This document shows, one piece after another, positions 40,952 to 53,384 of a DNA stretch of 64,000 nt; position 1 is the first letter of the stretch; each line of letters begins with the position of its first letter. Below the pieces are notes generated by a model. It saw nothing but the letters and a program-made list of their open reading frames with translations. It was not told the origin of the DNA and did no database searches. Source of the stretch: Eledone cirrhosa (Eukaryota). The DNA lies in NCBI GenBank assembly GCA_964016885.1, contig OZ024758.1:3844001-3908000 (forward strand). The letters run 5' to 3'. The translations under genes were made by a program, and so were the position numbers.

Positions 40952-41026
40952 TCTCCCACAAAAATATATACACATTTATTTGAATGCTATTTAAGTGTGT
41001 ATACATTCTTTTGGGACAACCTCTAT
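40946..41026. mobile_element. Tc1/mariner-type mini-MITE
   Basis: aaaaatatatacaca ... tgtgtatacattcttttgggacaacctcta, related to 21497-21762. Confidence 0.6.
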
Positions 41027-41329
41027 ATAATCTTATTTGCCCTGTTTATTCGATCGCATGAAGAGTTGATATTTTTCATGGATTATTAGAAAACTGTTGC
41101 AACAGAATATATCCGAGAATTATGTTCATTGCATTTAGGATATTTTAAAAATCGTTAAATAAGGAATTACTAAACAATACTCATATATTTAGACGTATGA
41201 AATGATATTAGAATTCGGGTATGGCAGATTTCACGTATTTTCACGTCTCAAGCATTCTCTGACCATTTATGTGTGTATTACCATTTACGCTGTGCATCTT
41301 TCTCTCTCACTTTCTGTTTGCTTATCTTC

Positions 41330-41402
<73 letters not shown>

Positions 41403-41440
41403 CGAAGAGACAAGAAGATATATATATATAAATGTATGTA

Positions 41441-41473
<33 letters not shown>

Positions 41474-41545
41474 CATATGCACGTGTGTCTCTCTGACTTA
41501 TATATATATGTGTGCGTATGTGTCTATATATATGTATGTATATGT

Positions 41546-41590
<45 letters not shown>

Positions 41591-42320
41591 AGTGTGTGTG
41601 TCTATATATATATATATATATGTGTGAGTGTGTGTGTCTATATAAATTTATATATATATTTATATGCAGCAATACATTCATACGCACATACCTACATACA
41701 TGTACATATTCATACATACATACATACATACTCACATACATACCCACATATATACTCCCATATATGCATATACATGTATAGGTGTAGAAATATGTTAATA
41801 ATTTACCAGAGCCACTTAATACACAGCTGCGCTGTAAAAGTCTATTTGACAAGGTCTGAACATCAATTTCTATAAAGAAATTCCAAAAATGAAAATCAGA
41901 TTATGAACAATATACCTTCCATATCTCATCACTAATCTCATATTTAAGTAAATTGATACGTTGCTATGCGGATAAAACAGGAAACATTCATATCTTCTAG
42001 AACATACATTATATTATAGTTCATCAGCTTCTTTCAAGGATATAGAAACTAAATCATATGAAAATGTTCCTTTCATATGAATATTTGTTCTTTTTTTTTT
42101 GTTTTGTTTTTCCTCTCTGTTGCAATACGATAATTGAATTTATTCACTTAATATAAACTTTATAGTAATCCTACTTTATGAAGTAAGACTGTTTATTCCA
42201 TACTTGGACAACACGTATATAACACGTATATAAAACTCACGTATTCAGACAAACGAAAGGCTTTCATAGCCACATGTACGCCAACATATAATCATATAAT
42301 TAAGTTTCTACATGCATGAA

Positions 42321-42379
<59 letters not shown>

Positions 42380-42499
42380 ATATATAGCAATAACAAACAC
42401 GAAGACTAAAATCCGAAGTGGGCTCGATAAGGATTATATATATATATTATATATATATAAATATATATATATACCCATGGAGCAAATATTTATTATAAG

Positions 42500-42608
42500 A
42501 ACAGATTAAAGTTTAAGCAAAGAATCGCTGCTGTCACCCTTAAAGTGATCTTCTGAAGATCCTGTTAAGGATGAAAGCAGCGATTCTTTGGTTAAACTTT
42601 AATCTGTT
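42500..42608. mobile_element. 109-bp hairpin with an HHR-like core in its right arm
   Basis: 54-bp arms around t at 42554; CTGAAGA-tcctgttaaggat-GAAA at 42553-42576; TA-rich flanks. Confidence 0.7.
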
Positions 42609-42629
42609 TATATATATATATATATATAT

Positions 42630-43600
42630 AACAGTGGCATAAACAGGTACTTAAGTTTCGTTGGCTTCTGGACCCCAACTTATTCAGCCTGTCATAAGAA
42701 AAATTTAAAAAAGTCTTCGCAGGAAAATGTTTTCTTATAGTTACCAAATTGTTGGTTAGTGGTTTTAAAATACGTAATTTTAAATGATGTAGGGTAGACC
42801 TCGAAACAATATACCTGATAAACCTTTGAATGGTCACGTTAAGGTATTGCAGCAGGTCACTGATGGTTAATATAGCTGCTAGAAATACCGAGCTCTTTTC
42901 ATTTAAATCCCCCTTATCCATAATGAACAGAGGGATACATCTGAAGTTAAAATGGTTAATTATAGCAGGAATATCATAGCAGTTAAACTGCAGGCCTGAG
43001 TTAACTGAACAACACGTGTTAGTGTATGTAATTCTCTTTAGATTTCTAAAATACGTACTTGTGGGTAAATGGGAGTCTTCATCTGTGATTGCATTCTTCC
43101 GCTCTATACGGGGTCCTAAAATTATATTCTAAATAGATTTAAATAAATCGATGATAAACTATGTTTATTTCATAATGTCATTTAGAAATAGGGTTAATTA
43201 AATTGAAAGAGAATAATGAATTAAATAATCTTAATAAAATTCAAAACAAACTTATAAAAACATGAGCTTATTCCATTATTAACTTTCTCTATTCTTTTGC
43301 TTTCAATTATTTTTATTTATTTATTCCATGACCTGATGTTATCTTCTTTTCTTTCAAAATCTTAAATCTAAATAGAAAGGAGCTTTGGGAATTGTAAATA
43401 GATATTTAAATTTAATGAGTCCACTAAGTAGTAAAGCTATTTTTCAGATTTACCTTCAACAGAATCTTCTTCACTTTTCTCATAAAAACTAATGGTAGCT
43501 TTCGATTTCACCCATTCAACAGAGTACTTTTTTCTCCCAAGTCAAAATTTCCGATACCCCCTTTCATACTCTCCCAACGAAACAATCCTATTATCTTAAT
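42630..43600 (-). pseudogene. Possible very decayed PLE-type RT remnant
   Basis: Scraps FKYLFTIP, MYPS and SVFLAAILTIS appear in the order expected for DFxxLYTxIP, IYP and xFLDLxIxI; adjacent to the HHR-like hairpin; many stops. Confidence 0.3.
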
Positions 43601-44087
43601 TAGATAATTCATTTCACCAGTTTAGGAGACTATAATTTAATTTGGCTTTAGCTAGTCGTTTTAGCGATTTAAATCAACAATTCTATTCTAAGGATAATAT
43701 TTTTTTATTTCAATTATTTTCCCCACCATTTTTAAATTCGTTATTTTAGATAAAATTTCTTCTAAAATTAGTCTTTAGATTTAAAATCTTTATTTATTTT
43801 CATTTAGTGAAAAGAACGTCAGTTTATGTTGGTTTCAGTTGTTTTTAATTCTTCGTTAGGTTCTTTTATATTTCAACTAAACTCTCTTTATTCCATTCAT
43901 TTCTAATTCCCTTTATTAAGTTTTATTGTCACATTGTTACACAATTGAGTGGTTTTTAAAGTTTAATTTTATTTCACCCTTGGGAATTTGTCGTATTTCC
44001 TCAATTATATAAAGGACATTGTTAAATATTTTATAGAAACGTTTTGATGACCATATATAGTTTTCTGTTTACTTTTTAGTGCATAAA

Positions 44088-44276
44088 AGGCGGTGGATTG
44101 GCAATATCGGTAGAGGGTCGGGCGCCATGCTTTGACGCATAGTTACGGCCCTTGCCATTCTGAGTTCAAATCCCGCCGAGGTTATCTTTGCCTTTCATCC
44201 TTACGGGGTCGATAAAATAAAGTACCAGTAATGTACTGTTTTAATTGCTAGCCTTGTGCCAAAAGTAGAACAATTA
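44088..44276 (+). mobile_element. Full-length SINE B (short variant) with 13-bp TSD
   Basis: A box tggcaatatcgg, B box gagttcaaatccc, Meta-like gcctttcatccttacggggtcgataaaataaagtaccag; TSD tttagtgcataaa / tttaatgcataaa. Confidence 0.92.
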
Positions 44277-46223
44277 TTTAATGCATAAAGAATATATTAG
44301 TTAGTTCAAGGAGGACGACAGGTGTCTATAGGCATTCCTTTTCTTTCCATGCAGTCGATGCGTGTAGACGATGTGTAGCGACAGTAAGATTGCCTTCTAG
44401 GTAACCATGTAAACAAAAGGTTGTTTTGTACCAGGGTATATAACTCAGAATGACGTGGGAAGAGACAAGTTTGTGTATAGTTGTCTCTCGTGGTGAATTT
44501 ATATTGCTTATTTGTTTAGAAAATCATTAATGTATTTTTGTAGTAAAGGCAATACTAACAAACATGACACTACCCGTCAATGTTAGAGAGGTTACAAGCA
44601 GTAAGCGACTAATATTTTCCTAGTGAGTAAACGAATGTTCTGATATGTCATACAAAACAATACATCAGAATATTTCTCATCATTATTAAATTATTTAGAT
44701 TGATAGAACGTTTTTGAATAAGTCAGGAATTTATATTATTGTATACAGTTTTTTCCTTCATAATTGATTAGATTGTATCTCGTTAGGAGTTTAGATAACG
44801 AAGAACAGTGTCTATGACTTATTATTTGTGTCCACAAGATATCCAATACATCTTTCATCTAGGTACTTGATTTCAACTTGAAGTTCAATATCAATGTTAG
44901 TTCACATTGACATTATCTCTTGTTTAGACTAGGTCAGTTCTTGTTGAATACTCTAATGTTCAACAGCATTACAACCTAGAGCATTCTGGTGTTTTAGTAG
45001 TATAGTCCCTTATCCGTGTTTGAAATGGAATCCAGCGATTTGACGGTGATTTGATTTTTAACTCTAGATTGCTGAATAAAAATAATGGCTACCCCGTAGG
45101 CATAATACTAACACAAAGTATTTTGTATTCAAAATTGCTTATTTGTAAACGATTTTCTTTCCTCGAAAATTAACCCTACTCTCAGGTTTTATTTTAATAT
45201 TACTGGAATAGATGGGTTAAATGCACACTTTTGTATAATAAATAAGATCCATTCGATAGTGAAGAAATCCTTCAAAGACATTCATACAATATTCATTTTC
45301 AGAATCTTTCTCCTATGTATATTTTATAGAAAAAACTATTACAGAATTTGCACTTTTGATTTTCAATAACAAATAATATTTTTTAATAATATTAATACAA
45401 ATTCATTGCTATGTTGTTGTTTTTTAATTAATTGATTAAAGATGGGTACATATTTCTTAAAAGCTTTTATCAAATAATAAGAAAAATATAAACAGGTTTC
45501 ATTTTACAACTGAAAATATTTGTTTTCTTACATCTTTCATTTTCGTGAAATCTTTACAAAGAAAATTAATGGAAAATTGACAATTTTATGTTTTACCTTC
45601 TAATACTAATGGAAGTCGCTTTGAAATTGTCCAGTACAATCTCAAATCGATGACCGATAGCTAATTCGACTTGAGATATGGAAAATGAAACATTCTTTTG
45701 GTGTATGATTCAGGAATGGATCGATAATTAAAACTATTTTTTCATAGTATAGAAAATGAACAAGAATTACTTGCGCTGATGATTTAGTATTGAGGAAAAA
45801 TATCGTTGAAATATTGTAGAATCTAGAAGTTGGAGAGTGTCATTGAGTTGATTTCTCCCCCGCTGAGACTGACTGGTTACTTAAAATATGCTTTCTAACT
45901 GACGTATTTATTTGTAAGGAGATTAAATGTTTGAAAAGCAGGAAGAAATTGCAGCAGATTAAATCGAAGAACTAACTGCATCCTATTTCCCTTTATCCTT
46001 CTTCAAAGGGCATTCTCATAGGTGGAGTACTCCGATCAATATTGCGCTATAGCACTAGGAATTATTGAAATCGATCAATATAGTGTTTGAGCTGAAAAAT
46101 GTAGGATATGAAAACAAAGGTAAAATGGATAAGATACATTGTATTGCGTTCTCCGATATTTTAATTGATTTTATTCTCGATTTCAAGGAATCATAAACAT
46201 AAGAAATATATATATATATATAT

Positions 46224-46332
46224 AGGTAAAGAGGCTAGGCTATGTGGTTACTAAAAACGAAGTGTTAGAAGGTAATCGAGACGTAAAGAAGAGAAGAGAA
46301 GTTTCCCTTCATCAGCTGTTCACTACGGATCT

Positions 46333-46334
<2 letters not shown>
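46224..46334 (-). mobile_element. (TA)n-embedded PLE-like remnant with HHR 5' core
   Basis: Minus strand reads aacag-CTGATGA-aggg...; the GAAA half is decayed; (TA)n on both sides. Confidence 0.45.
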
Positions 46335-46380
<46 letters not shown>

Positions 46381-46387
<7 letters not shown>

Positions 46388-46655
46388 GGAATGACATAAA
46401 TACTGTTACAAAATAAAACGCTTATAACTCCTTAAATATTCTCTGTATTAGCTACAATCGTGGACCAAAGTAAGTAATAAAAGGGTTAACACCCTCAAAT
46501 CTTATTTGATATGAGTCCCTTTTGCTCTCACAATTTCAAGTCTCTTAGGAAAATCTTGGATGGCAACTCGCACGGATTCAATTCGAAAATTGTCACATAT
46601 TTTCACCAATTTTGCCTTCAGAGACTCGGTATTGTGGTGCGGAGTAGATTAGCGA
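46381..46655 (-). mobile_element. Tc1/mariner-superfamily transposon 3' end with transposase C-terminus
   Basis: 46648->46502 encodes STPHHNTESLKAKLVKICDNFRIESVRVAIQDFPKRLEIVRAKGTHIK*, typical of Tc1/mariner C-termini (RLxxxxxAKGxHIE*); TIR-like cagggaatg abuts (TA)n. Confidence 0.8.
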
Positions 46656-47170
46656 TGCCTTACGGGGTCGATAGAATTAAGTACCAGTAATGCACTATGG
46701 TCAATTTCACCCAAATTGTTGCTTTTGTGCCTAAATTAGAAACCATCATTGAGGGTGATGAATTGGCAGTATGGTAGAGCGTCGAACAACAAATTTGCGG
46801 CATAGAGTTATGCTTCTTTACGGTCTGCGTTCAAGTCCAACCGAAGTTAACGTTCCATTTACCCCTTACGGGGGGTCGATAAAATAGAGCACCAATAATG
46901 CAATGGGGTCGATTTAATCGACATCCCCTTAAACGAATTGCTGGGTTTGTGCCTATAGTAGAAATCATTATTATTAATATTACCTTTGTTGTGTTGTTGT
47001 TGTTGTTGTTGTTATTATTATTTATTATTATTATTTATGTTGTTCATTCTGAGTCCAAATCCCTCCAAGGTTAACTTTGCCTTTCATCCTTACGGGGTCG
47101 ATAAAATAAAGTACCAGTAATGCACTGGTTAATTGCTGGCCTTGTGCCTAACGTAGAAACAATTATTATT
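46656..47170 (+). mobile_element. Three SINE B copies (fragment, full long variant 46752-46975, truncated short variant 47045-47161)
   Basis: Meta-like domain three times; the third copy is flanked by attattatttatgttgtt (47027-47044 / 47162-47179). Confidence 0.88.
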
Positions 47171-47636
47171 TATGTTGTTGTTTTCATTGTTGTTGTTGTC
47201 GTCGTTGTTATTATTATTGGTTATTACTTTTGCTATTACTGTCTTAGCGTAGACAGAGATTTCTCATTGTAATTCTACTGTCAGAACTAATGATGTTATC
47301 TGTTGTAATAATGGCATGTTTTGGTCGAAATGAATATGACAGAACTAGAGGACGCTAAGAATATAGTGATTGCTACATAATACAATTTTCTTTTTCCATC
47401 TCCAATATTCTATTTCTCTGCTGTCTTTTGGCATCATTATAAAAATACATCCTCTTATTTCGTTCTTATGTTAAAATATTTAGGTTTTTTTTTTCTTCTT
47501 CATAAAGACTATATGTGAATTACAAGTAAATTTGTAAGCTTAGTGTATTTTAACGTGGTCGCGTGTACACCAGAGTCTAATTTGTTGTACACATTCATAC
47601 TGTGTCTGTCTATATACGCATATACACTGCCCGCAC

Positions 47637-47706
<70 letters not shown>

Positions 47707-47735
47707 TTATGAATATGTATTCATATGTGTATATT

Positions 47736-47776
<41 letters not shown>

Positions 47777-47844
47777 ATTTTAAAAACTTCATGATTAGCA
47801 TAATATATATTATATATATATATTAATGTATTTATATTTTATAC

Positions 47845-47876
<32 letters not shown>

Positions 47877-48326
47877 ACACAAATGAAAATACAAACATAC
47901 ATGAAGTATTATCATAGTTGGTTTAATATACTTAGAGAGATAGGGTTCTAAATATTAATATTAATAATAAATAGCATTGTTTCAATTTACAAGTGCACAA
48001 ATAAGAGCGATAATACAGACCTACAGGCGAACACATCAGCATTGCCTGCGAATCTAACCATTTAAACGTCCTGCTAAATCTTTTTATCTAATATTCCATC
48101 TTTATGATGACCCAATCATATGATGAAGGCCTAACGTCTGATAACTCGGGATATGGTTTTTTGCACACACACACACGTACGCGTACGTACGTACGTACGT
48201 GTGTGTGTAGGAGGTGAGTTTTATTGTAGTACAGTAAAGCAATGCAAATATCGGATAAGTAGCACTCTACAGTTTGTAGATATAAGATCAAAATAATATA
48301 AGATCAAAAGATGGTTAAAAGAGTTC

Positions 48327-48397
48327 TATTTAATTATGCGTATTTCAAAAACAAATATCATCATGAGATGGTATCTGCGTTTTCATCATATAAAATA
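48327..48397 (-). ncRNA. Minimal type I HHR with a C3A core mutation
   Basis: Minus strand reads UAUUUUAU-aUGAUGA-[stem II]-GAAA-U-acgc-AUA-auuaaaua. Confidence 0.55.
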
Positions 48398-48471
48398 GGG
48401 ATACATGATATGAAGGTTAAAAAACACTTGTGAATAGTGAAGTTGATTTAAAACTTAACTATTCACATCCC

Positions 48472-48542
48472 TATTTTATCTGATAAAAACGCAGATATCA
48501 TATCATGATGATATTTGTTTTTGAAATGCGCATAATAAAATA
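48472..48542 (+). ncRNA. Minimal type I HHR with a G8A core mutation
   Basis: UAUUUUAU-CUGAUaA-[stem II]-GAAA-U-gcgc-A-U-A^-AUAAAAUA; stem I is identical to the 7807 copy. Confidence 0.6.
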
Positions 48543-48713
48543 CTTAGAACTCTTTTAACCATCTTTTGATCTTATATTATATATATATATATATGAATTT
48601 TCATATGCATTACACGTATATATATATATATATACGTGTAATTCATATGAAAATTCATATACTGTACACTCATCGATCAAGCAATTCTTATCAATCATAT
48701 ATATATATATATG

Positions 48714-48768
<55 letters not shown>

Positions 48769-49121
48769 CTTTGAATAACTTCTGCTCATGAAAATTCTAT
48801 TGAATAATTTTCCAATAAACACTGACATTTATAAACAAATAATTGTATTCTTCAGGGAGCGGTAAAATACTTACATACTTACCGTCTAAGCTAATTATAT
48901 TAGATAATTCGATGGAATATAGAGATTAGTTGCCAAATGGAATCAAATTCATTGAATACATTTTCTGTTCAGAATTTCTTTCGATACTTCACTGAATGAA
49001 AGTAATTTCAAGATTATTAATGAATGCAGATCTGAAACTATTTCAGTATACTTAGAGAATTTAACGAGTCATACTATACTGTAAAATGAAAAGTGCACAC
49101 ACACAAGTACACTCTACCCTC

Positions 49122-49168
<47 letters not shown>

Positions 49169-49169
49169 T

Positions 49170-49390
49170 ATAGAAAAAGTATGACCCCGGCGGGTATTTC
49201 TGGACTAGAGGGCTATTTCAGTCAGCTATTTTCGACGGCTATTTCAGGCCAAAAATAGCCGTCGATACGGCTTGAGCTCTGCCGTCGGGGTCATACTTTT
49301 TCCTATTTGCCACTCTACTACCCTAAGTATTGAGTACTCTGGTGCGTTATGGTCCATTTGGTTCATTACCACAATTCCTTTGTTTTTTTT
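49170..49390. mobile_element. (TA)n-embedded family H2 insert with nested inversions
   Basis: Outer IR agaaaaagtatgacccc / ggggtcatactttttcct; inner hairpin tcgacggctattt...aaatagccgtcga; 49290-49385 is the reverse complement of 40778-40860. Confidence 0.78.
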
Positions 49391-49445
49391 ATATATATAT
49401 ATATATATATATGTATCTGTATATAATGTTTATATGTATATATAT

Positions 49446-49602
49446 TTCGATAGCTAGTTTTAGAAGGGAACTAGCTGTTGACATGACAAGAGTTCAGCGG
49501 TTAGGCCCCGATCATTTCCATAACAAGTCACACTCTACTGTCACAAGTATCGAGTACTCTGTTGAATAATGGGCTAACTAGCTTTATACTGTTTTATTCC
49601 TG
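49446..49602 (+). mobile_element. Diverged H2-related insert
   Basis: tagctagtt...aactagctg stem, aagagttca loop and cactctact...aagtatcgagtactctg shared with 49310-49341. Confidence 0.55.
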
Positions 49603-49701
49603 GTATATATATATATATATATATAGAGAGATAGATAGATATGTGCGTGTGTGTGGATACATCTACGTATATATATAGAGAGAGATATATAGATAGATAT
49701 A

Positions 49702-49750
<49 letters not shown>

Positions 49751-50291
49751 GAGTCAGGGCCCCACGTCTGAGCTCTCGCTGTTTGGTCACAGCATATTCC
49801 AGACTGGATCTTCAACCGTTAAAGGGGCAGTTTTCAATTTGTACTTACAAAACAATTATATTACGTCTGTGTTGAGTCAGACTATCTTAGTAGCATGAAA
49901 ATAAATGGAAAACAAAATTTACTAGTTTACATGTGTGCGTCATTCATAGTAGCTTAGAAATGGGTCAAGACAAAACTCTGAACAGCAGCAGCCGTAAACA
50001 CCGATATTCCGATAAAAGAAGCCCGCCATTAAACTGTGATGTACATTTATATGTATGTATATATTTATGCATATATATATATATATGTATGTATAAACTT
50101 ATATATATATATATTTATGTATGAATGTATAAACTTATATATATATATATATATTATATATATATAACCTTATATATATATATATATACGTGTGTGTGTG
50201 TGGGTGTAATCTTATATACATACAGTGTATTGCCAAATATACTATACTATACATACATTCATGTATACATCGCTATTTCAGAGAACCAATA

Positions 50292-50343
<52 letters not shown>

Positions 50344-50684
50344 GTTGTGTGTGTGAGACGGGGGGTGTACACCGAGAGAGTGTGAGAGGGAGAAAGAATG
50401 AAGGGGAAATATGTACACACATTGTGTATGCATTACAACACACAATTCAAAGGTTATTGGTGACTGTAAGCATTATCTAGAAACAACTTTGTGTAGCAGC
50501 CATCGATGTTATTACATAAAACACATTGGAATAATTTCAAATCCATTCCGTCACTGCTTTTACCTCTCATCTTTGCGGATCTGATTCTATAAGTACAAGT
50601 GAAATTATAGGGCTGACATAATTAATTACATCGCTGTCCCTAAATAACTACCCTTCTTCCTATGTTAGAAATCATTATAATTAT

Positions 50685-50850
50685 AGGGATCAAACGCATT
50701 CCAGCCATTATCACACGCCTTTTTAATAGATTTTATGGCTACTATAATCAATATGCCGTTTTCCTTCCTAAAATGATAGGATATATTTTGAAGGAAACCT
50801 GGCTGTTTCTTCTAACAGGATAAACGTCCACGTAGAGGCTCCGCTTTCGC
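50685..50850 (-). mobile_element. Family C repeat, decayed
   Basis: gatcaaacgcattccagcc...ggctgtttcttctaacagga...ccacgtagaggctcc; related pieces at 52480-52730. Confidence 0.45.
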
Positions 50851-51341
50851 TTGTTATTATATTCCAATCCATATGCGTCGCTGAAAATTTCAAGTTCAAT
50901 TATTACTCATTGCATTGTCTTCATATTTTTATTTTCTACTTCTTTATGATTTAATTTTACTCAAATCTAAAAGTGAAAACCTAAGGTATAAATAACGTAA
51001 TTTGATTGCAATTTTTAAAGGAAAGAAAATTGAAAGAAAATTTAATATTACTTTCGAACGAAATTCAATTTTAATTAAATTTTCCTTGAATGTTGAACAA
51101 AGAAATTCTTCCCCATTACACGTGTAAATAAAGTAATTAGTTTGTGTACTAATAAACTAAAGTGTTGCTACACACGGTTTAAGTTAGGCGAGGGAGGGCT
51201 GTACTTGGTTGAAGAACCGTCTCTCTAATAGTAATCTGGTGCTGAGTCATTTGAGGCCCGGAATCTATAGAGAAATTTCCATCACATTTTGTTGGTCTTG
51301 ACATTACTGTTATGATAAAGTATAGTTCTATATAGTGAGCT

Positions 51342-51775
51342 ATTGTTTTTTAGCGCCAGTTCTGTCCTGACCCAAAATATTTCGAGTCAAATGTCATCCG
51401 CCATATGCCAGTTTTGTATACATTCTAGATGTTCTCCTTCAGATAAAGATATTCATACAACTGACACGTCAGTCAATCATATTGGTGGCCTCCCCACTGC
51501 CCCGGCGTACAGAATAGAGAAGGCGTTTCCCCGTGGTGGGACGGCAAGGGGGACGCGCTGGAAAAGCCATTCCATCTTGTGTGGCTGGCCAGCTCAGCGC
51601 CTGTGGTGGTGAGTAAGGAGGTAGCCCTAGGGCCGAAGACATCAGAAGTCTCCTCTGCCAAGGGTACAACCGCAAACCTGTCGGAGAGCGACCGGTATTT
51701 AAAGAGTTTGGCCTCCTCAGCCCGACGTGCAGCAGAACTTGGATTAGTCGCAGACTGCACCAGGTTGCGAAGTTA
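51342..51775 (-). mobile_element. CRE-like non-LTR retrotransposon 3' end (RLE endonuclease C-terminus), 5'-truncated
   Basis: SAARRAEEAKLFKYRSLSDRFAVVPLAEETSDVFGP, then frameshifted EWLFQRV and RGNAFSIL; matches the CRE-clade pattern AExxKxxKY...FxPxAxETxG...FQRxSxAxQRGNA; GC-rich island. Confidence 0.78.
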
Positions 51776-52925
51776 GTGCGCCTTATGTCGTTCTTTTTTT
51801 TACCAGAGGTGGTTATTTTTAAAAATAATCCTTAGAATAAGGATAGATCAGTGTGTGTTGAAGTATTGTGTAATTTGCAATTCAGTTGGAATTTGTGAAA
51901 GAAGTGTAAGTGTAGAAACAAGACACAAGCTCTGCAGAATCTGTTTGTGCCCTCTGGACACAGACTAGTTAAACACATAGAATAAAACTGAATTAATAGT
52001 TGTAAAAATGACGTAACTTAAGATTCAGCATTTATTATGAGGAGCAGAATATAGAAAATAGTAGAGAAATAGTGTCACGCGTCGACAATACTGGTTGCAA
52101 ATAAAACCAAAGGGTTATGTTAAGTAAATGTTTGTTTGTAGCATGTCAAGTAAATATGTATCATATCCATTGCTGGATCGTAGTGGGATATGTTTTGCTG
52201 CAGTACACGTCCACTAGATATTAATACGAAAGTTAATCCATAGAAAAATGCAATGATGAATTAACGGGAATGGTGCTGAGATGCCTTGATGGAAGCTGGT
52301 TTACGCTGCATTTTATTTTAATGTTGAAAATCCGGTAAAACCTCATGGTTCTTTCTAAACTGGGTTAATTTAGATTCATGTATAATATTTGGCTCTTGGT
52401 CTAACTTGACTACACAAACCTATTCTAGCCTTTCCCATTATATTTTCTTTTTTTTTTATGATGTAGTGAAACCTAAGTTGTCCAAAGTGGGGTGTGTCAG
52501 AAGAATTGGTTGCTATATTTAGCGAGTAGATCGACCATATAGAGGCCGGCTCGTGGGAGCATTGTGAATTATTAAATCATAATTTTAATTCCTTTTGTTG
52601 TTATTGTTTAACTTCAAACGAAATCTGCTGGAGAACTATCATAAGCTCTATTCCAGTCGTGACACTCCTGTAAATCTTTTCAGAGGCATATGTAGGACAA
52701 CGCTTTCTAATATATCCTTATGATCTGATAGAAAATCGTTTGCTAATACATGCATGTGAAAGTTGTGTGCAGACGTATAGTTCATTGTTTAAAATTTGCA
52801 TTTGTGCATTTCGATGCAAAATATCTCGTTTCTATAGGTTTTCATTAAATTCATTTGTCTATAAGTAGAGCTTTCGTAATGTAAAAGAAACAGATTTTAA
52901 TAGCACATTTTATGTTGATTGTTAC

Positions 52926-52980
<55 letters not shown>

Positions 52981-53384
52981 CTGTGTGACTGTGTGTGTGT
53001 GACTGTGTGTGTGTGACTGTCTTTGTGTGTGACTGTCTATGTGTGTGTGACTGTATGTGTGCGTGTGACTGTATCTATGTATGTATTCCTGAAAATCATA
53101 CATACGTTTATATATGTTTGTATTTCTTGTATTGGAAGTAAATTAAAATAACTCATTAGTTGTATATATAAGTACAATTAAATATTGCTCTCATTTTCTT
53201 TCTTTCTCAGCGATTCTTAATTGCGCTGAATTTCTGTTTTCTTTTCTTTCACTCTCGAAATTTACAACTCACTTTATTCAATTCATTCCACTTCTCTCTC
53301 TCTCTCCTCCCCCCCCCCCCTCTCTCCCCTCCCCCTCTCTCTCCCTGCCTGTCTCCGACCTCTTTCTTTCCAAACCTTTCCTTC

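Larger units (their letters stand above)
48294..48579. mobile_element. Fold-back PLE-like insert (family H1) with an HHR in each arm
   Basis: Inverted arms of about 105 bp plus an inner hairpin tgtgaatagt...actattcaca. Confidence 0.85.

Noticed and set aside
42592-42921. 109-aa ORF as a DIRS tyrosine recombinase C-terminus
   Set aside because: No HSxR or W..F..Y catalytic pattern; a decayed PLE RT fits slightly better, and both readings are weak
45170-45220. Tiny TTAAccc...gggTTAA piggyBac remnant
   Set aside because: Only 3 bp of TIR beyond TTAA; compatible with chance in AT-rich DNA
48112-48158. Additional hammerheads (also 2335-2385 minus and 13660-13700)
   Set aside because: Two or more core positions are altered and the stems are uncertain; possibly relics but not callable
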